In this document: positions 61,148-64,000 of the stretch, piece by piece
Layout of the letters: each line of letters begins with the position of its first letter
Numbering within the stretch: the stretch's first letter is position 1
From: an uncultured Acidobacteriota bacterium
GTDB taxonomy: Bacteria; Acidobacteriota; UBA6911; RPQK01; JAPXNP01
Reading direction: 5' to 3'
DNA length: 64,000 nt
Assembly: GCA_963777605.1 (NCBI GenBank)
Contig: CAVZRV010000031.1
Span: 1 to 64,000, forward strand
Notes under the pieces: model-generated
What the model was told of the DNA's origin: nothing
What the model saw: the letters and a program-made list of their open reading frames with translations, nothing else
Databases searched by the model: none
Program-made: the position numbers and the translations under genes

Positions 61148-62341
61148 ATGCAGATTGTCGACGTAAAGACGTACATCGTAAGCCTTGGGTTCCGGAATGC
61201 GATTTTTGTGGAAGTGGAAACAGATGAGGGGATTACCGGAGTTGCAGAGACGGTCATGAAGAGGAAAACTCGGACGATCGACCAATCGATCCGAGAGTTA
61301 AAGTCCTACTTGGTTGGCAAGGATCCCACCGACATCGAGATGCACTGGGAAAGCATGTACCGCGACTCGTTCTGGGTTGGAGGCCCGATGCACGCAACTC
61401 CGATAAGCGTTATCGACTGCGCTCTGTGGGATATCCTGGCGAAGAAATGTGGCCTGCCCGTGTACAAGATTTTGGGTGGCCCTACACGCAAATTGATTCC
61501 CAGTTACTGTCACTGTCCGGCAGGCTCGTCCCCCGAAGAGTTCGCGGCCGGCATCCGGGCATGTTCCAATCGCGGGTTCCGGGCCGCCAAGACAACTCTA
61601 CCGCTGTACTACGGGGGCAAGGACACAAATTCCACGATCGAGAATGGGAGTTCATACTCCGGTTTTCCCGGACAGCGCAGAAAGTGCCGCGAGACCGAAC
61701 TTTTTGACCCGCAGGTTTTCTCCAGGATTCGAGAGTTCTTCGTGGCAGCTCGGGAAGCCGGAGGGGGAGACTTCGGACTGGCTCTGGATTGCCACGGGAG
61801 GCTCAACGCCAAGTCAGCGATTCACCTATGCCGAGAACTCGAGGGATTAAACCTGCTCTTTGTCGAGGAACCGGTTCCACCGGAGAATCCGCAGGCCCTC
61901 AGGATCGTCAGGGAAAATACCACCATACCGATAGCGGCAGGAGAACGGTGGGCTACGATCCACGGTGTGCGCGAGTTCGTCGAGATGCAGGCTGTGGATA
62001 TTCTGCAGTGTGACATTGTCAACTGTGGCGGCATCACGGGCATGAAGAAGATCGCAGCCCTCGCCGAAGCCCACTACATCAGCCTCGCGCCGCACAATCC
62101 AAATGGTCCAGTGGCCACAACCATCGCGGTACATTTCGCGGCGGCTATCCCGAATTTCCTGATTCTCGAAACGATCGGCTCCGTCGAGGACAAGACGCTC
62201 TTTGAAATTCTCACAAAACACCATGCAACCGCCGAAGAAGGTTACTTCGAGCTCCCTGAAGACCGCCCTGGTTTCGGAGTTGAGCTCATGAAAGCCTCAT
62301 TCGCAGACTATCCTTATTTCCCCCACACCGGCCTGCGCTAG
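61148..62341 (+). CDS. Mandelate racemase/enolase-superfamily acid-sugar dehydratase (galactonate dehydratase-like)
   Basis: ID.ALWD, DCHG, EEP, GER, PHNP. Confidence 0.9.
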   Translation: MQIVDVKTYIVSLGFRNAIFVEVETDEGITGVAETVMKRKTRTIDQSIRELKSYLVGKDPTDIEMHWESMYRDSFWVGGPMHATPISVIDCALWDILAKKCGLPVYKILGGPTRKLIPSYCHCPAGSSPEEFAAGIRACSNRGFRAAKTTLPLYYGGKDTNSTIENGSSYSGFPGQRRKCRETELFDPQVFSRIREFFVAAREAGGGDFGLALDCHGRLNAKSAIHLCRELEGLNLLFVEEPVPPENPQALRIVRENTTIPIAAGERWATIHGVREFVEMQAVDILQCDIVNCGGITGMKKIAALAEAHYISLAPHNPNGPVATTIAVHFAAAIPNFLILETIGSVEDKTLFEILTKHHATAEEGYFELPEDRPGFGVELMKASFADYPYFPHTGLR

Positions 62342-62380
62342 CCTGGTCCCCGCGATGTCAAGACTGACTGGAGGCACCCT

Positions 62381-63337
62381 ATGAGGAAGAACCTGGAACG
62401 ATTCAAAGGGATCTTTCCTGCTGCGCTCACAATGTTTGACAAGAACGAGGACTTGGACTTAGAACTCACCGCCCGTCACTGGGAGTGGCTGATTCGGCAG
62501 GGTGTGGATGGGCTGGTCATCGCCGGCACGAGCGGCGAGTTCATCGCGATGGAGAAATCCGAGCGCGTGCGCCTCTTCGGCCTCGCCAGATCGGTCGCGG
62601 GGAGCCGTTTGCCGGTCGTCGTCGGCGCCGGACACTACTCGACCAAGCTGACGATTGAAATGTGCCATTCAGCCGAAGAAGCAGGAGCCGATGCGGTCAT
62701 TATCATTCTCCCGTACTATCAACGGCCCTTCAAGTCGGCGGTATTCGAACATTTTCGGATGGTTCGCAGGGAAACCGCCTTGCCGATCATGCTGTACAAT
62801 AACCCGGCAAACTCGGCCTGCGTGGATTTCACTCCACTGGAAATCGCTGAACTCGCAGGAGAGGACGTTGTCCAGATGGTCAAGTCTACGTACGAATCGG
62901 TCGTTCCGATCCATGAACTGCGGTTTCTCCTCGACGACCGGCTCGCCATCTTTTACGGCTCCTTTCTCGCAGCATTCGAAGGCCTGGTAGCAGGAGCACA
63001 CGGATGGATCAGCGGGATACTCAATGTCGTTCCACGTGCGGCAAGAATTCTCTACGAAAGCTGCCGAGAGAACAATGACGCCGACTTCGGTGCACGGGTC
63101 TGGAAGGAGATTCTGGAGATCGTCCACTTGTACACTCACCACCAGGTGGGTCCGGTGAGTGATCTCGCAATCTACAGGGGAATCCTCAAGCATTGGGGTC
63201 ACGATGCCGGCTTCAGCAGGAATCCGACCGCAAATCTCTCTTCCGAGCAGGAGCAGACTCTGTTGAGTCGGCTCAGGGACAATGGATGGATTGACGCCGA
63301 CCGGAAATTGGATCGAATGGTGGCTCGATGCGAGTAG
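62381..63337 (+). CDS. DHDPS/NAL-family aldolase
   Basis: GTSGE, PYY, LYNNP, catalytic Lys in MVKST. Confidence 0.9.
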   Translation: MRKNLERFKGIFPAALTMFDKNEDLDLELTARHWEWLIRQGVDGLVIAGTSGEFIAMEKSERVRLFGLARSVAGSRLPVVVGAGHYSTKLTIEMCHSAEEAGADAVIIILPYYQRPFKSAVFEHFRMVRRETALPIMLYNNPANSACVDFTPLEIAELAGEDVVQMVKSTYESVVPIHELRFLLDDRLAIFYGSFLAAFEGLVAGAHGWISGILNVVPRAARILYESCRENNDADFGARVWKEILEIVHLYTHHQVGPVSDLAIYRGILKHWGHDAGFSRNPTANLSSEQEQTLLSRLRDNGWIDADRKLDRMVARCE

Positions 63338-64000
63338 GGATCTTCGGTTACGGTTACGTGGCGGCGGCGCACGCCCGGCAATTGGGCAGACTCACCGAAG
63401 TCGAATTGACCGCCGTTTACGGACCGAGTCTCGAAAAGGCCAGGCAATTCGCTTCCAGGTACTCGATCAGGACCGCATCCGACAACGTAGAGGAGGCTCT
63501 ATCCTCCGTTGATGCGGCGATTGTCTGCTCTCCGTCTCATGCCCATTATGACCAGACGCGCATTTTACTCGACGCCGGCGTGCACACGCTCGTCGAATTG
63601 CCGCCCTGTAGCGATTCCCAGAGCGCACGGGAACTCCAGGAAACCGCCTCCCGACATGGCATCGTACTGCAATGCGCTCACACGAGCCGATTCCTCCGCG
63701 CCTATCAAATCGTCCGAAAGGCCGTTCAGGAAGGACTCCTCGGCGAAATCAGCCAGATCGTATATACGCGCCATCTGCTCCCCCCGCCGCGCAGCTGGAA
63801 GGACGACGCTCTGCACCACCACTCGATGCACGCCCTGGACCTCTTGCTGGACTGGTTCGGCGAGGTTGAACCTGTAAGTTGCATGACCTTCCAGGCGGAA
63901 GGCGTCGTGACGAGCGCCACTCTTCTCCTCAGCCTGCCAAACGGCGCAAGCGCCTCAGTCTCCATAAGCCACACGGCCAGGCTACCGAGAAATCTTCTGG
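63328..64000 (+). CDS. Gfo/Idh/MocA-like oxidoreductase (runs off the window)
   Basis: MRVGIFGYGYVA, CSPSHAH, HTLVELP, HSMHALD; open to the window end. Confidence 0.85.
   Translation, partial: MRVGIFGYGYVAAAHARQLGRLTEVELTAVYGPSLEKARQFASRYSIRTASDNVEEALSSVDAAIVCSPSHAHYDQTRILLDAGVHTLVELPPCSDSQSARELQETASRHGIVLQCAHTSRFLRAYQIVRKAVQEGLLGEISQIVYTRHLLPPPRSWKDDALHHHSMHALDLLLDWFGEVEPVSCMTFQAEGVVTSATLLLSLPNGASASVSISHTARLPRNLL

Noticed and set aside
1-64000. tRNA, rRNA, riboswitch or CRISPR array
   Set aside because: None recognised by eye; a covariance-model search would be needed to exclude small RNAs, for example in 60550-61148.

Overview
A GC-rich (~60%) bacterial accessory region. A PEP-CTERM protein, lipoproteins and a CpaF+RepB pair suggest a diderm, possibly Acidobacteriota (inference). 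From left to right: (1) a frameshifted RIT (recombinase-in-trio) element abutting an istB remnant; (2) a compact RiPP cluster with an unusual 130-aa precursor candidate, an FxsB-like radical SAM/SPASM enzyme and a stand-alone HExxH protein; (3) a hypothetical/ComEC-like MBL/patatin triad, a serine hydrolase, and a divergent VOC/MarR pair; (4) an intact second RIT element cleanly splitting a RepB-primase gene; (5) a large patatin plus a large unknown protein between IS6-type ends, then PEP-CTERM and GH10 xylanase genes; (6) a ~9-kb envelope operon (NlpC/P60, two lipoprotein caspases, one with PASTA repeats, CREST hydrolase, membrane proteins) converging on (7) a minimal contractile injection system (CIS) with a beta-propeller-fused baseplate and a PASTA membrane protein, but no visible ATPase or tail fibre; (8) HigBA and IS6 remnants; (9) sugar-acid/amino-compound catabolic genes. 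The best candidates for novel biology are the caspase/PASTA-linked CIS, the RiPP cluster and the RIT junction architecture. Several frameshifts may be sequencing errors. All assignments come from motif recognition; no searches were run.
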